Shown here one piece after another: positions 26,239 through 34,421 of a stretch of 64,000 bases of DNA. Where the stretch lies: IMG/VR virus record IMGVR_UViG_2974724359_000001, positions 83,795 to 147,794 of that record. One strand, given 5' to 3'. The position numbers were made by a program, and so were the translations under genes. The stretch comes from Tulanevirus 60ahydrpp (taxonomy: Duplodnaviria; Heunggongvirae; Uroviricota; Caudoviricetes; Straboviridae). The notes beneath the pieces are model-generated. The model did no database searches and had not been told where the DNA came from. It saw only the letters and a program-made list of their open reading frames with translations. Positions within the stretch are counted from its first letter, which is position 1, and the number at the start of each line of letters is the position of its first letter.

Positions 26239-27882
26239 ATGGCATTTAGTTTAGATGATTTTTTTGATCAAGAGCCGATTTCGCCGGTTGCAAAACCGGC
26301 ATCTAATCCCGAAACTCCGCCTTGGGATGAAAGCAAAGATGATACGTGGTTTCCTCCTGCAGGAATTACCAGCAATCAGATTACTGATGAAACGGTAATC
26401 GAAACTGAAGCACTCGAGCCTTTAGTTGTCAAAGCGGTCGAAGAAACTGAAGTAATTGAAGAGCAAATCCGGCAATGCCAATCTGAAATTGATTCGGATA
26501 TCCCGGCATGGAAGAAAGCCGTATTGCAAAGTCATTTAACCAATTTGCACAATCGACATCTGCAATCGATCATCAACAATGAAGCTCTTGAATTTGCGAT
26601 GTATACGGTTGAAGAACGAGCAATCCCATCTATTATCGATGGCTTTAAACCAGTTCAACGCTTTTTCATGTATCGTGCGCTGGAATATGCGAAGCAAAAT
26701 AAGACCAAGTTTAACAAAGTAGCAGCGCTCGCAGGTGGTGTTTCTGAGGCAGGTTATCACCATGGTGAAGGTTCTGCTGCAGGTGCTGGACAACTGATTG
26801 CAAACACGTGGAACAACAATATTCCGGTATTGGAAGGAGACGGAAACTTTGGTTCTCGTCTTGTTCAACAAGCAGCCGCACCACGATATGTGTTTTGTCG
26901 TGTCCATCAGAATTTCTGGGACATCTATAAAGACATTTCTCTTTCTCCGGCGCATCCAGACCCCGAGCATTTGCCACCGCGTTTTTATCTGCCTGTTATT
27001 CCCATGGTTCTCGCGAATGGTGTAAAAGGTATTGCCACTGGCTATGCTACTACAATTTTCCCACATTCTTACGAGAGTCTGGTGAAGTGCACACTGGCTG
27101 CAGTAAAAGGCGAAGAAATCCCTGAGCCGGACGTTCAGTTCCCATGCTTTAAAGGTATTGTTCGTCGAATCAATTCAAAATCTATCGAAATCGAAGGTCT
27201 ATATGAGCTAGTTGGACAAACCAAACTCATTATTACCGAAGTTCCAGTTCGATATGATCGTCTTGAGTATGTCAGTATTCTCGATAAGCTCGAAGAACAG
27301 GGAAAAATCGTAGGTTACAAGGAACAAACAAGTGATGGATTCCGGTTTGAAGTAACTCTCAAACGTCAGGATAAATTTGGCGAATTGATGGAAAAAAATC
27401 CGGAAGTTGCACATGAGCGTATCATCAAAATGTTCAACCTTCGTCAAAATCTTTCGCAAAACATCCCCGTTCTCGACGAGAATGGAAAATTGGCAGAGTA
27501 TGAATGTGCCGCCGATCTGATTCGAGACTTTGTGGAGTATCGCAAAAAATACACCAATCAGCGTGTTATCTTCGAAAAAGAAAAGGCAGAATATTCGCGT
27601 GATTTGGCTTGGGCCAAATTTGCCTTTGTTAATGAAGTGATTGAAGAAAAAATTGTTCTTCGCGGAAAATCAAAAGCGCAACTTATTGCCGAAGTAAAGT
27701 CCAAGCCGAATATGGCAGGATTTGAAAACGAGCTAGTTGGCATGAGCATTTACCGTCTAACTGAAGACGAAACTCATAAACTTCAGGAAGAAGCTCTGAA
27801 ACAGACCAAAGAATACGACTACTGGTCGAGCACTACTCCAGAAAACGAATACGTTAAAGACCTCGAAACTTTAACAAAATAA
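26239..27882 (+). CDS. 52: Topoisomerase II medium subunit gp52 with about 100-aa acidic N-terminal extension
   Basis: RAIPSIIDGFKPVQR, YHHGE, GNFGSR, AAAPRY (catalytic Tyr), LANGVKGIATGYAT. Confidence 0.95.
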   Translation: MAFSLDDFFDQEPISPVAKPASNPETPPWDESKDDTWFPPAGITSNQITDETVIETEALEPLVVKAVEETEVIEEQIRQCQSEIDSDIPAWKKAVLQSHLTNLHNRHLQSIINNEALEFAMYTVEERAIPSIIDGFKPVQRFFMYRALEYAKQNKTKFNKVAALAGGVSEAGYHHGEGSAAGAGQLIANTWNNNIPVLEGDGNFGSRLVQQAAAPRYVFCRVHQNFWDIYKDISLSPAHPDPEHLPPRFYLPVIPMVLANGVKGIATGYATTIFPHSYESLVKCTLAAVKGEEIPEPDVQFPCFKGIVRRINSKSIEIEGLYELVGQTKLIITEVPVRYDRLEYVSILDKLEEQGKIVGYKEQTSDGFRFEVTLKRQDKFGELMEKNPEVAHERIIKMFNLRQNLSQNIPVLDENGKLAEYECAADLIRDFVEYRKKYTNQRVIFEKEKAEYSRDLAWAKFAFVNEVIEEKIVLRGKSKAQLIAEVKSKPNMAGFENELVGMSIYRLTEDETHKLQEEALKQTKEYDYWSSTTPENEYVKDLETLTK

Positions 27883-27885
27883 AAA

Positions 27886-27918
27886 CAAAGGCCTCTTCGG
27901 AGGCCTTTGTTGTTTCTT
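27886..27918 (+). terminator. Rho-independent terminator
   Basis: caaaggcctc-TTCG-gaggcctttg followed by a T-rich tract. Confidence 0.85.
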
Positions 27919-27927
27919 GACAAAAGT

Positions 27928-27956
27928 GTGTACAACTGCTTTAGATTGTATAGAAT
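27928..27956 (+). promoter_or_regulatory. Early promoter GTGTAC-17-TAGAAT
   Basis: Consensus match plus ATAGCTTCAAGTTAAAC leader. Confidence 0.8.
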
Positions 27957-27991
27957 AGCTTCAAGTTAAACAAACTGTCACGGAGCATATT

Positions 27992-28570
27992 ATGATTTCA
28001 CAAGCGCTGAAAAACAAAATCAGTCAGTATTATAAGGAACGCGTACAGTGGATGCGCGAAAATCATATCGTTGACGTTACAACTCCAACTTATACTCTCA
28101 AGTTTACAAATCACAAGGGTTATGTTGGTCAATGTCATTACTCTAACCGTGAAATCAGAATTTCAGAAAAACAAAATCAATATGCAACATGGGAGTCCAT
28201 TAAAGACACAATCAACCATGAGCTTGCTCACTGGGCAACCATAGGTCATGGCCACGACGAAGTATGGCAGCAAATGGCCGTTCGTCTTGGAGCAACTCCT
28301 GCGAAAACTTGCACCCTTGGCCAACTGCAAAAACCGTATGTCATAATGTGCAAAGGCAAAGTTGTAGGATATTCTGAGGTATTGCGAGTTGGTTCAGACG
28401 CTGCCACACGATATATCAAAGGAAAAAAGAAACAAACTCTTGGATTTTTGGAGTATAAGGTAAATCCAGAATTCATCGATAACTCCAACTGGAGCGAGCC
28501 AAGCGTCGAAATGCCAGTACGAATCAAAAAGACAAACAGCATTATCGCCGATTTTCTCAGCGATCTTTGA
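27992..28570 (+). CDS. SprT-like zinc metalloprotease
   Basis: GQCHY..REIRIS, TINHELAHW (HExxH), HGHDEVWQQMAVRLG. Confidence 0.85.
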   Translation: MISQALKNKISQYYKERVQWMRENHIVDVTTPTYTLKFTNHKGYVGQCHYSNREIRISEKQNQYATWESIKDTINHELAHWATIGHGHDEVWQQMAVRLGATPAKTCTLGQLQKPYVIMCKGKVVGYSEVLRVGSDAATRYIKGKKKQTLGFLEYKVNPEFIDNSNWSEPSVEMPVRIKKTNSIIADFLSDL

Positions 28571-28578
28571 GGAAAAAC

Positions 28579-28899
28579 ATGAAATTTTCAAAACAAGTAA
28601 TTGTCACTCGCACGTTCGAAATGACTTCCAGAGAATTTGTTGAAAAACATCTTCGAGAAATTCGAGCATACAAAAACCATGATGGCACGCATGAATACGA
28701 TTTGCTAGTTCAATGCGGTGTTAACAGTGGTTTTATCACAACAGCATTGACTCTTAAAAACATCACATTCGACATCAACGATTTCGATGTGTATGCTAGC
28801 ACTGATGCTGAGAAAAAGGCTCACAAAGAGGCATGCGAAAAGCTCGCGGTTTTGATCGATGCACACTTTGCTGATGAAAAATCTACGAACTGCAATTAA
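28579..28899 (+). CDS. Hypothetical protein
   Basis: GAGGA RBS. Confidence 0.65.
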   Translation: MKFSKQVIVTRTFEMTSREFVEKHLREIRAYKNHDGTHEYDLLVQCGVNSGFITTALTLKNITFDINDFDVYASTDAEKKAHKEACEKLAVLIDAHFADEKSTNCN

Positions 28900-28922
28900 A
28901 TCGCAAAATAATGCAAAAACTA

Positions 28923-28966
28923 GTGTACTCCGTTTGGTATGATGATACTATAGCATCATACCAAAC
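28923..28966 (+). promoter_or_regulatory. Early promoter GTGTAC-17-TACTAT with a perfect 13-bp inverted repeat around the -10
   Basis: gtttggtatgatg/catcataccaaac at 28932-28944/28954-28966. Confidence 0.85.
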
Positions 28967-28996
28967 AAACTGATTAAACACAACGGAGTATATCAA

Positions 28997-29266
28997 ATGT
29001 TCAACATCACCAAAATCCAAGTAATGCAGATCAACCTCATGAAGAAAGCTGTTGAAAATTTCCAAGGTTTTGAAATCAACGCAGTAATCATGAATCCGCT
29101 CAACAAAATGATGAACAACGAAGTTCTCGATAAGCGTGAAATGAATCGTTGTGAACAGTTCTTCAACGACATTATTCAAGACGATCTGATGTGGCAAAAC
29201 GCTGATTGTGCTAAACTCGCAAAATCCATGAAACGTAAACTTGCTGCAGCGATGAAAAAAGCTTAA
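28997..29266 (+). CDS. Hypothetical early protein
   Basis: ORF after promoter and GGAG RBS. Confidence 0.75.
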   Translation: MFNITKIQVMQINLMKKAVENFQGFEINAVIMNPLNKMMNNEVLDKREMNRCEQFFNDIIQDDLMWQNADCAKLAKSMKRKLAAAMKKA

Positions 29267-29278
29267 GTTATTTCAACA

Positions 29279-29313
29279 AAGTGGTTTACAACGCTAAACC
29301 ACTTGATTAAAAT
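29279..29313 (+). promoter_or_regulatory. motA early promoter GTTTAC-18-TAAAAT with a 10-bp inverted repeat overlapping the -35
   Basis: aagtggttta/taaaccactt at 29279-29288/29295-29304. Confidence 0.75.
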
Positions 29314-29359
29314 AGCTACAAGTTAAACAAACTACCACAAAGCAAACGGAGTATTTAAA

Positions 29360-30016
29360 ATGACCATGACCAAAATCGAAGCTATCGCAAAAGTTCTGAA
29401 CAATTCCAGCATCTCTGAAAACGCTACTTCTGTCTTCATTCAAGTTGCAAAGAAAGCTTTCGTTACTGCTGTTGAAATTGCAGAAGCCACTGAAATGAAC
29501 AAAAACGCAGTTTACTCCAATATCGGCGTGATGATGAAAAAGGGTTTGATCGAAAAATCTGGCGACGGCTACGTAACCACTGAAAGTGGTGATGCCATTC
29601 TCATCGAAGCTGCCGAAATGTGGAAAGCTGCCCAACCTGAAGTTGAAGCACCTAAGGTAGAAAAGAAAAAAGGAACTCGCAAAGCTCGCGAAATCACTGT
29701 CGAAATGACTAAAAATATCGAGCTTATCGAGCGACTGCTGTCCAACCTCGGTATCGAGCACAAGCAAGCAGTCATCAATCGTCAAAACTACGAAATCACT
29801 CTGAACAAACGCCACGCTGATGGATACCGCAAATTCGAAATTCTCAACCGCGGCATCTTCCGTATCGTTGGTTACAAAGTATCTGAAGAAATCATCAACA
29901 ACTTCAAGACTTTGGGTTGTGAAATCAAGCAAGGTCCGGCAAACTGCTACATCGACATCACCGCGAATGAAAACAACATCGTTCGTCTGATGGAAGAAAT
30001 TCAAGCCGCTAACTAA
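29360..30016 (+). CDS. motA: MotA activator of middle transcription
   Basis: SNIGVMMKKGLIEKSGDG and KKGTRKAREIT match T4 MotA. Confidence 0.93.
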   Translation: MTMTKIEAIAKVLNNSSISENATSVFIQVAKKAFVTAVEIAEATEMNKNAVYSNIGVMMKKGLIEKSGDGYVTTESGDAILIEAAEMWKAAQPEVEAPKVEKKKGTRKAREITVEMTKNIELIERLLSNLGIEHKQAVINRQNYEITLNKRHADGYRKFEILNRGIFRIVGYKVSEEIINNFKTLGCEIKQGPANCYIDITANENNIVRLMEEIQAAN

Positions 30017-30046
30017 CGTGACTAAATACTAGCAACTAAGAAAACT

Positions 30047-30080
30047 ATCAGCCATCGCATGTTATAATGTGATGGTTGAT
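30047..30080 (+). promoter_or_regulatory. Extended -10 promoter (TGtTATAAT) of the sugar operon inside a 14-bp inverted repeat (two G-T pairs)
   Basis: atcagccatcgcat/atgtgatggttgat; no clear -35. Confidence 0.6.
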
Positions 30081-30097
30081 TTCATTTGAGGAAAAAT

Positions 30098-31162
30098 ATG
30101 AAAATTTTAATTGTTGGTGCTGGTTTGACTGGAGCAACTATTGCGCGCTGTCTTGCCGAACAAGGGCATGACATCACAGTCATTGACAAACGGAAACACA
30201 TTGGCGGAAACTGCTATGACGAAGTTCGAAATGGCACGCTAGTTCATAAGTACGGACCACATCTTTTGCATCATAGCGACTTGGATGTGCACAATTTCCT
30301 TTCACGCTGGACTTCCTGGATTCCCTACGAGCACAAGGTAAAAGTTGAATATAGAGATACATTAATCTCTTTCCCAGTGAATCTGAAAACACTCCAAGAG
30401 CTCTATGGTATTGAAACGGAGCAAGAGGCCATCAAGTATTTTGAAAAGGTTCGAGATACGAAATCTCCCACCAACTGTGATGAACTTTTCGATCATTCCG
30501 TAGGAAAAGACCTTGCCGATATTTTCTTTAGACCATACACGAAGAAAATGTGGGGCACTGATCCTAAAAACATCGAATGTGCTGTTGGCGCAAGGATTCC
30601 CGTGCGCACCTCTGATGATGACCGATATTTTAGTGATAAGTACCAATATATGCCCGAAGGTGGTTACACTAAAATGTTTGAAAGAATGCTTGACCATGAA
30701 CGAATCGAGGTCAAAATTCGCACGCCATTTGAAAAGGAAATGGAAGCTCACTATGATTTCATTTTCAACTCGATGCCCATCGACGCGTACTATGACTTCA
30801 AATTTGGCAAATTGCCGTACCGTTCTTTGCGTATGGAAGTAAAAGAAGAGAAGCATGATCATGGAATTACTACCGTGAATAACTCTGCTTCTGAAGAAGG
30901 TCATACTCGTTACACTGTTTGGAAGAATATTCCAGGTCATGGTGATGGCGACATGGTGACTTACGAATATCCATGCGACTACGATGGCACAAACGAGCCG
31001 TATTATCCAGTGACTCATGGAAAAGAACTCTATGCTAAGTATGCTGAGCATGCAAAGAGTGATAAAATGATGTTTATCGGCCGTATGGGTGCATATCAGT
31101 ATATCGATATGTGGAAAGCAGTTCGTAATGGTCTTGATATCGTTTCAGATTTCAAAGCGTAA
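30098..31162 (+). CDS. glf: UDP-galactopyranose mutase (flavoenzyme)
   Basis: IVGAGLTG FAD motif, DKRKHIGGNCYD, HKYGPH, PYTKKMWG, DDRYFSDKYQYMP..GYT, LPYRSL, EPYYP, GRMGAYQYIDM. Confidence 0.95.
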   Translation: MKILIVGAGLTGATIARCLAEQGHDITVIDKRKHIGGNCYDEVRNGTLVHKYGPHLLHHSDLDVHNFLSRWTSWIPYEHKVKVEYRDTLISFPVNLKTLQELYGIETEQEAIKYFEKVRDTKSPTNCDELFDHSVGKDLADIFFRPYTKKMWGTDPKNIECAVGARIPVRTSDDDRYFSDKYQYMPEGGYTKMFERMLDHERIEVKIRTPFEKEMEAHYDFIFNSMPIDAYYDFKFGKLPYRSLRMEVKEEKHDHGITTVNNSASEEGHTRYTVWKNIPGHGDGDMVTYEYPCDYDGTNEPYYPVTHGKELYAKYAEHAKSDKMMFIGRMGAYQYIDMWKAVRNGLDIVSDFKA

Positions 31163-31167
31163 TTAAT

Positions 31168-31187
31168 GCCGACTTCGGTCGGCTTTT
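31168..31187 (+). terminator. Weak intra-operon terminator/hairpin between glf and the glycosyltransferase gene
   Basis: gccgac-TTCG-gtcggc followed by tttt. Confidence 0.6.
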
Positions 31188-31201
31188 CAAAAGGAAATAA
31201 A

Positions 31202-32278
31202 ATGAAAATTCTTGTAACTGGCACTAACAACTATCATGCTCGCCCCGATTGGCATCTGGAAAAACGTTCTCGCTATCGTCTTGTGACTGCAACTACCGGT
31301 CTTGTCGAAGCTCTCAAAGATATGGGCCACGATGTTGATCAACGCTTCGTTACTCCAGGTGAAGACCTGAGTGGCTATGACAAAGTCTTCACTGCTTATT
31401 TCGATGCTACTGGTGGCATGCAACCAGGCGGTTATGGCGTATATTGGCTTCTGGCAAATCGTCCTGACGCAATCGTTGTTATTGACGACTGGCAAACCCC
31501 CGAACGTCTGATGAAAGGCTTCAAAAAGTCTGCCACTCGTACCCGTGAACAATTCGAAGAAGTTCTGTTCCGTGAATTTATGCTCAATGATCAGCATAAA
31601 ACAGCTGTAGATGCTATTGCAGCCGATCCTTCTCTGAAAGAAGACATCGTCAAGGGTTATGCTAAGAATGTCTTCGATTCTCACCGAATTCTGTATTGTG
31701 CATTCGACAAATTCGAAGTTTCCAAGATTTTCGATTATCCGCATGAATCTTATTCGTTCTGCCCTGAATCCTATGTTCCTAGCCCAGATGATCGGCTGCG
31801 CGAAATGGGTCTTGCTCGTCAAGATATTTTCCGCGAGCGCAAATGGATTATTGCCGGCATCGGTGGTCTTCCTACAAAGAAAGCGTGCAAGTTCAAAGAC
31901 AACTTCACATGGGATGTAGAAGTATTTGGTCGTGCAACTATTGACGTTGATGCCAAACTTGCGAAAGAGCCTGAAGTAATTCAAGCCTACTCAGGCGCCC
32001 GCGCTGTTTTCTATCCAGACCAAAACAACTTCGGCTCCAACTGGTGGCGCAATCGACCACGCCAATGCGCTGATATGGGTGCTGTTCTCTTTATGATGTC
32101 TGATGAAGAAGCTTCATTGTTTGGCCCATCTTATATGGGGCTTTCGATCGAGAAGTTAGAAGCCATGACTGACGAAGAGCTCGATGATCTTGCTGCTCGT
32201 CAGAAGGCCGATTATTACAAGTCAAATCCTCTGGACAAAGAAAAAGTTAAATCTTGTCTTGATTTGATTATGGCGTGA
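31202..32278 (+). CDS. Putative GT-B fold glycosyltransferase (soluble)
   Basis: MKILVTG...LVEALKDMGHDVD N-terminal Rossmann pattern, DLSGYDKVF, VVIDDW, C-terminal WWRNRPRQCADMGAVLF; no transmembrane segment; follows glf. Confidence 0.65.
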   Translation: MKILVTGTNNYHARPDWHLEKRSRYRLVTATTGLVEALKDMGHDVDQRFVTPGEDLSGYDKVFTAYFDATGGMQPGGYGVYWLLANRPDAIVVIDDWQTPERLMKGFKKSATRTREQFEEVLFREFMLNDQHKTAVDAIAADPSLKEDIVKGYAKNVFDSHRILYCAFDKFEVSKIFDYPHESYSFCPESYVPSPDDRLREMGLARQDIFRERKWIIAGIGGLPTKKACKFKDNFTWDVEVFGRATIDVDAKLAKEPEVIQAYSGARAVFYPDQNNFGSNWWRNRPRQCADMGAVLFMMSDEEASLFGPSYMGLSIEKLEAMTDEELDDLAARQKADYYKSNPLDKEKVKSCLDLIMA

Positions 32279-32289
32279 TGAGTTTTAAC

Positions 32290-32311
32290 AAGGCGGCTTC
32301 GGCCGCCTTTT
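32290..32311 (+). terminator. Terminator-like hairpin
   Basis: aaggcggc-TTCG-gccgcctt followed by tt. Confidence 0.7.
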
Positions 32312-32320
32312 GAGGATTTT

Positions 32321-32857
32321 ATGAATTCACACTGGTCAACACATCCGGAGTTCCCTGGATATCGAATAAAAAATGATGGCACGATTGTTGGGCTTTATAA
32401 TAAAAACTTAAAGCATAGCGGCGCTAAAGGTGATTACCAAACAGTTGTTTTGTATAAAGAAGGGAAATCTAAGAAATTTAGAGTTCATCGACTAATTGCT
32501 GAAGTTTTTATACCAAATCCGCAGGGTTTGCCTGAGGTAAATCACAAAGATGGGGTAAAGGATAATAATCACGTAGATAATTTGGAATGGGTATCTTCAA
32601 GTGCAAATACTAAGCACAAATGGGATAACGGGTTAGGAAATCACAAGCAAAAAGGTGCGTCGTCTAAGTATTTTGGCGTGTGTTTTGTCACGAAGCATCA
32701 AAATTGGAAGGCACAAGTGTCATATAAAGGAAAAAAGATTTTTCTCGGGTGTTATCCGACCGAGCTTGAAGCTGCAGCTGTATATGATAACTATGTTAAA
32801 ATTAATAACTTACCGAGGCCGCTTAATAATGAAGCAAATTATTGTAAGGCTGTTTAG
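32321..32857 (+). mobile_element. HNH homing endonuclease with C-terminal AP2 DNA-binding domain
   Basis: HRLIAEVFIPNPQGLPEVNHKDGVKDNNHVDNLEW; SSKYFGVCF...WKAQV...FLGCY.TELEAA.VYD. Confidence 0.9.
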
Positions 32858-33875
32858 CCCGATTTCGCGCAACAAGAAATCACACAAAATGGCCTGGGCA
32901 CGAGTGTGGCAAGCTGCTATCGAACACCACACCGGGTTTCCATGCGAGTTGATGCATGAGGCTAAACCGTGGTCAGAATATGATCGGGTCTATGTCTATT
33001 TCAATCTTGAGCCGTATGACAGATTGAGTTTGTTTGGTGGTCCTCAGCCTCAATATGCCGAGTTTATTAAATGCGCTGAAGGATTCACCGGTGAAATTGT
33101 TGCATTAGACAAACCTTTGGCCCGTTTTGGCGAATTCTGCAAAGCACGCTGTTTCAACAAACATGGTGAACCCAACATGAAAGTTCCCGAGCTATGGAGA
33201 GGAATTGATTGGGATTCCATTCAAGCACAGTTTGATAAAGCTACTTGTTTGTCAATGGCTTCTTTGCCGCTTGAAGATGTTACACTCGGGGATTCTCACA
33301 GCATTTCGGTGTGGCAACCGGGCTATAAGGCTTATCGGTGTGACGCACAAACATTGCGTGGAGCTTTGAAAAGGGGATTGTCAAGTTTCCTTCCTGCTAA
33401 AGTTCGGAATTTGACAATTTATTTTGGAAACATCGACGTTCGGTATCATTTCGGTTTGCAAAATAACCCGGTTTCGGATGTACTAGAAAAGCTTGACGAG
33501 TATGAAAAACAATTAGTCGGGCTAAAGGAGTCTGGACAAGTTACTGGAGAAATCGAACTTGTGCACTTGCTTCCGATTGAAGATGAGTCAAGAAAAATCC
33601 CAACAAACAATATGCTTAACGGAAAATCGTTTAATGGCAGTTGGGCTGAAAGAAATTCGTGGATGAACATTTTCAATAATGGATTATCGGAAATAGCATT
33701 CAAGCACGGTTTCAAGGTTCATACTTGGCCAAACAGCTGGTATGTCGAAACGTATAAAGACCCAAAATCATTCTTTACTCGCTTGGAAGCTATGAAAGGT
33801 TTGCATCTTGCTTTACCGTTCTATCGATATGAAGGATTTAAGGATAACAAAACTCTGGAGTTGTTTGATATCTGA
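32829..33875 (+). CDS. Two-domain protein: BGT-like N-terminal segment plus SGNH/GDSL-like C-terminal domain
   Basis: WSEYDRVYVY..LSLFGG resembles T4 beta-glucosyltransferase YDRLIVV..INFFGG; LGDSHS (block I), YFGNIDVR (block III), KGLHL (block V-like). Confidence 0.5.
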   Translation: MKQIIVRLFSPISRNKKSHKMAWARVWQAAIEHHTGFPCELMHEAKPWSEYDRVYVYFNLEPYDRLSLFGGPQPQYAEFIKCAEGFTGEIVALDKPLARFGEFCKARCFNKHGEPNMKVPELWRGIDWDSIQAQFDKATCLSMASLPLEDVTLGDSHSISVWQPGYKAYRCDAQTLRGALKRGLSSFLPAKVRNLTIYFGNIDVRYHFGLQNNPVSDVLEKLDEYEKQLVGLKESGQVTGEIELVHLLPIEDESRKIPTNNMLNGKSFNGSWAERNSWMNIFNNGLSEIAFKHGFKVHTWPNSWYVETYKDPKSFFTRLEAMKGLHLALPFYRYEGFKDNKTLELFDI

Positions 33876-33914
33876 AAAGGCCTTCGGGCCTTTTTTCGTT
33901 TTTGTTGTGTACAT
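33875..33914 (+). repeat. 40-bp terminator plus early-promoter cassette, identical to 63748-63787
   Basis: aaaaggccttcgggccttttttcgtttttgttgtgtacat at both sites; -10 TATTAT at 33931-33936. Confidence 0.9.
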
Positions 33915-33964
33915 GTGTTTTTATGCTTGATATTATGGCATTGCTTGATAAAGGAGAATTGAAA

Positions 33965-34303
33965 ATGACAAACGACCAACATGTTAAAGCGACAATTAAA
34001 CGACTTGAGTACAAAAGTGCACTGTATCGCTGCCGGGCCATGGGGCTAAAGTTTCCGGGAACCGAAATTTGCGAATTTATCAGTATTGAAGCATACAACG
34101 ACTGGCTGAATCGTGAAGATGACGACGGTCTAATGAAATATGACGGCAAATTCGATCCGACTCATCCATTCGTCGTAACAGTTAAGCAGGCTGGTTCTCG
34201 GAAAATCTATGTTGACATCATTGGCGAAGATGGCCAACCTTTGGTAGATTGCGAGTACTATGCCTTTGTTCCTGAAGATTTCAGTCTCATTCGAAGAGTA
34301 TAA
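33965..34303 (+). CDS. Hypothetical protein
   Basis: AGGAG RBS, ATG 33965. Confidence 0.7.
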   Translation: MTNDQHVKATIKRLEYKSALYRCRAMGLKFPGTEICEFISIEAYNDWLNREDDDGLMKYDGKFDPTHPFVVTVKQAGSRKIYVDIIGEDGQPLVDCEYYAFVPEDFSLIRRV

Positions 34304-34348
34304 GGACACAGTATGCTTCAGAAAATGTGATAAAAAGTGAAAATAAAT

Positions 34349-34386
34349 GTGTACTCACAATGAGGCTATTGATACTATAGCCTCAT
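34349..34386 (+). promoter_or_regulatory. Early promoter GTGTAC-18-TACTAT with a perfect 10-bp inverted repeat
   Basis: atgaggctat/atagcctcat at 34360-34369/34377-34386. Confidence 0.8.
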
Positions 34387-34421
34387 CAAATAAACGAATA
34401 CACAAACACGGAGTATATAAA

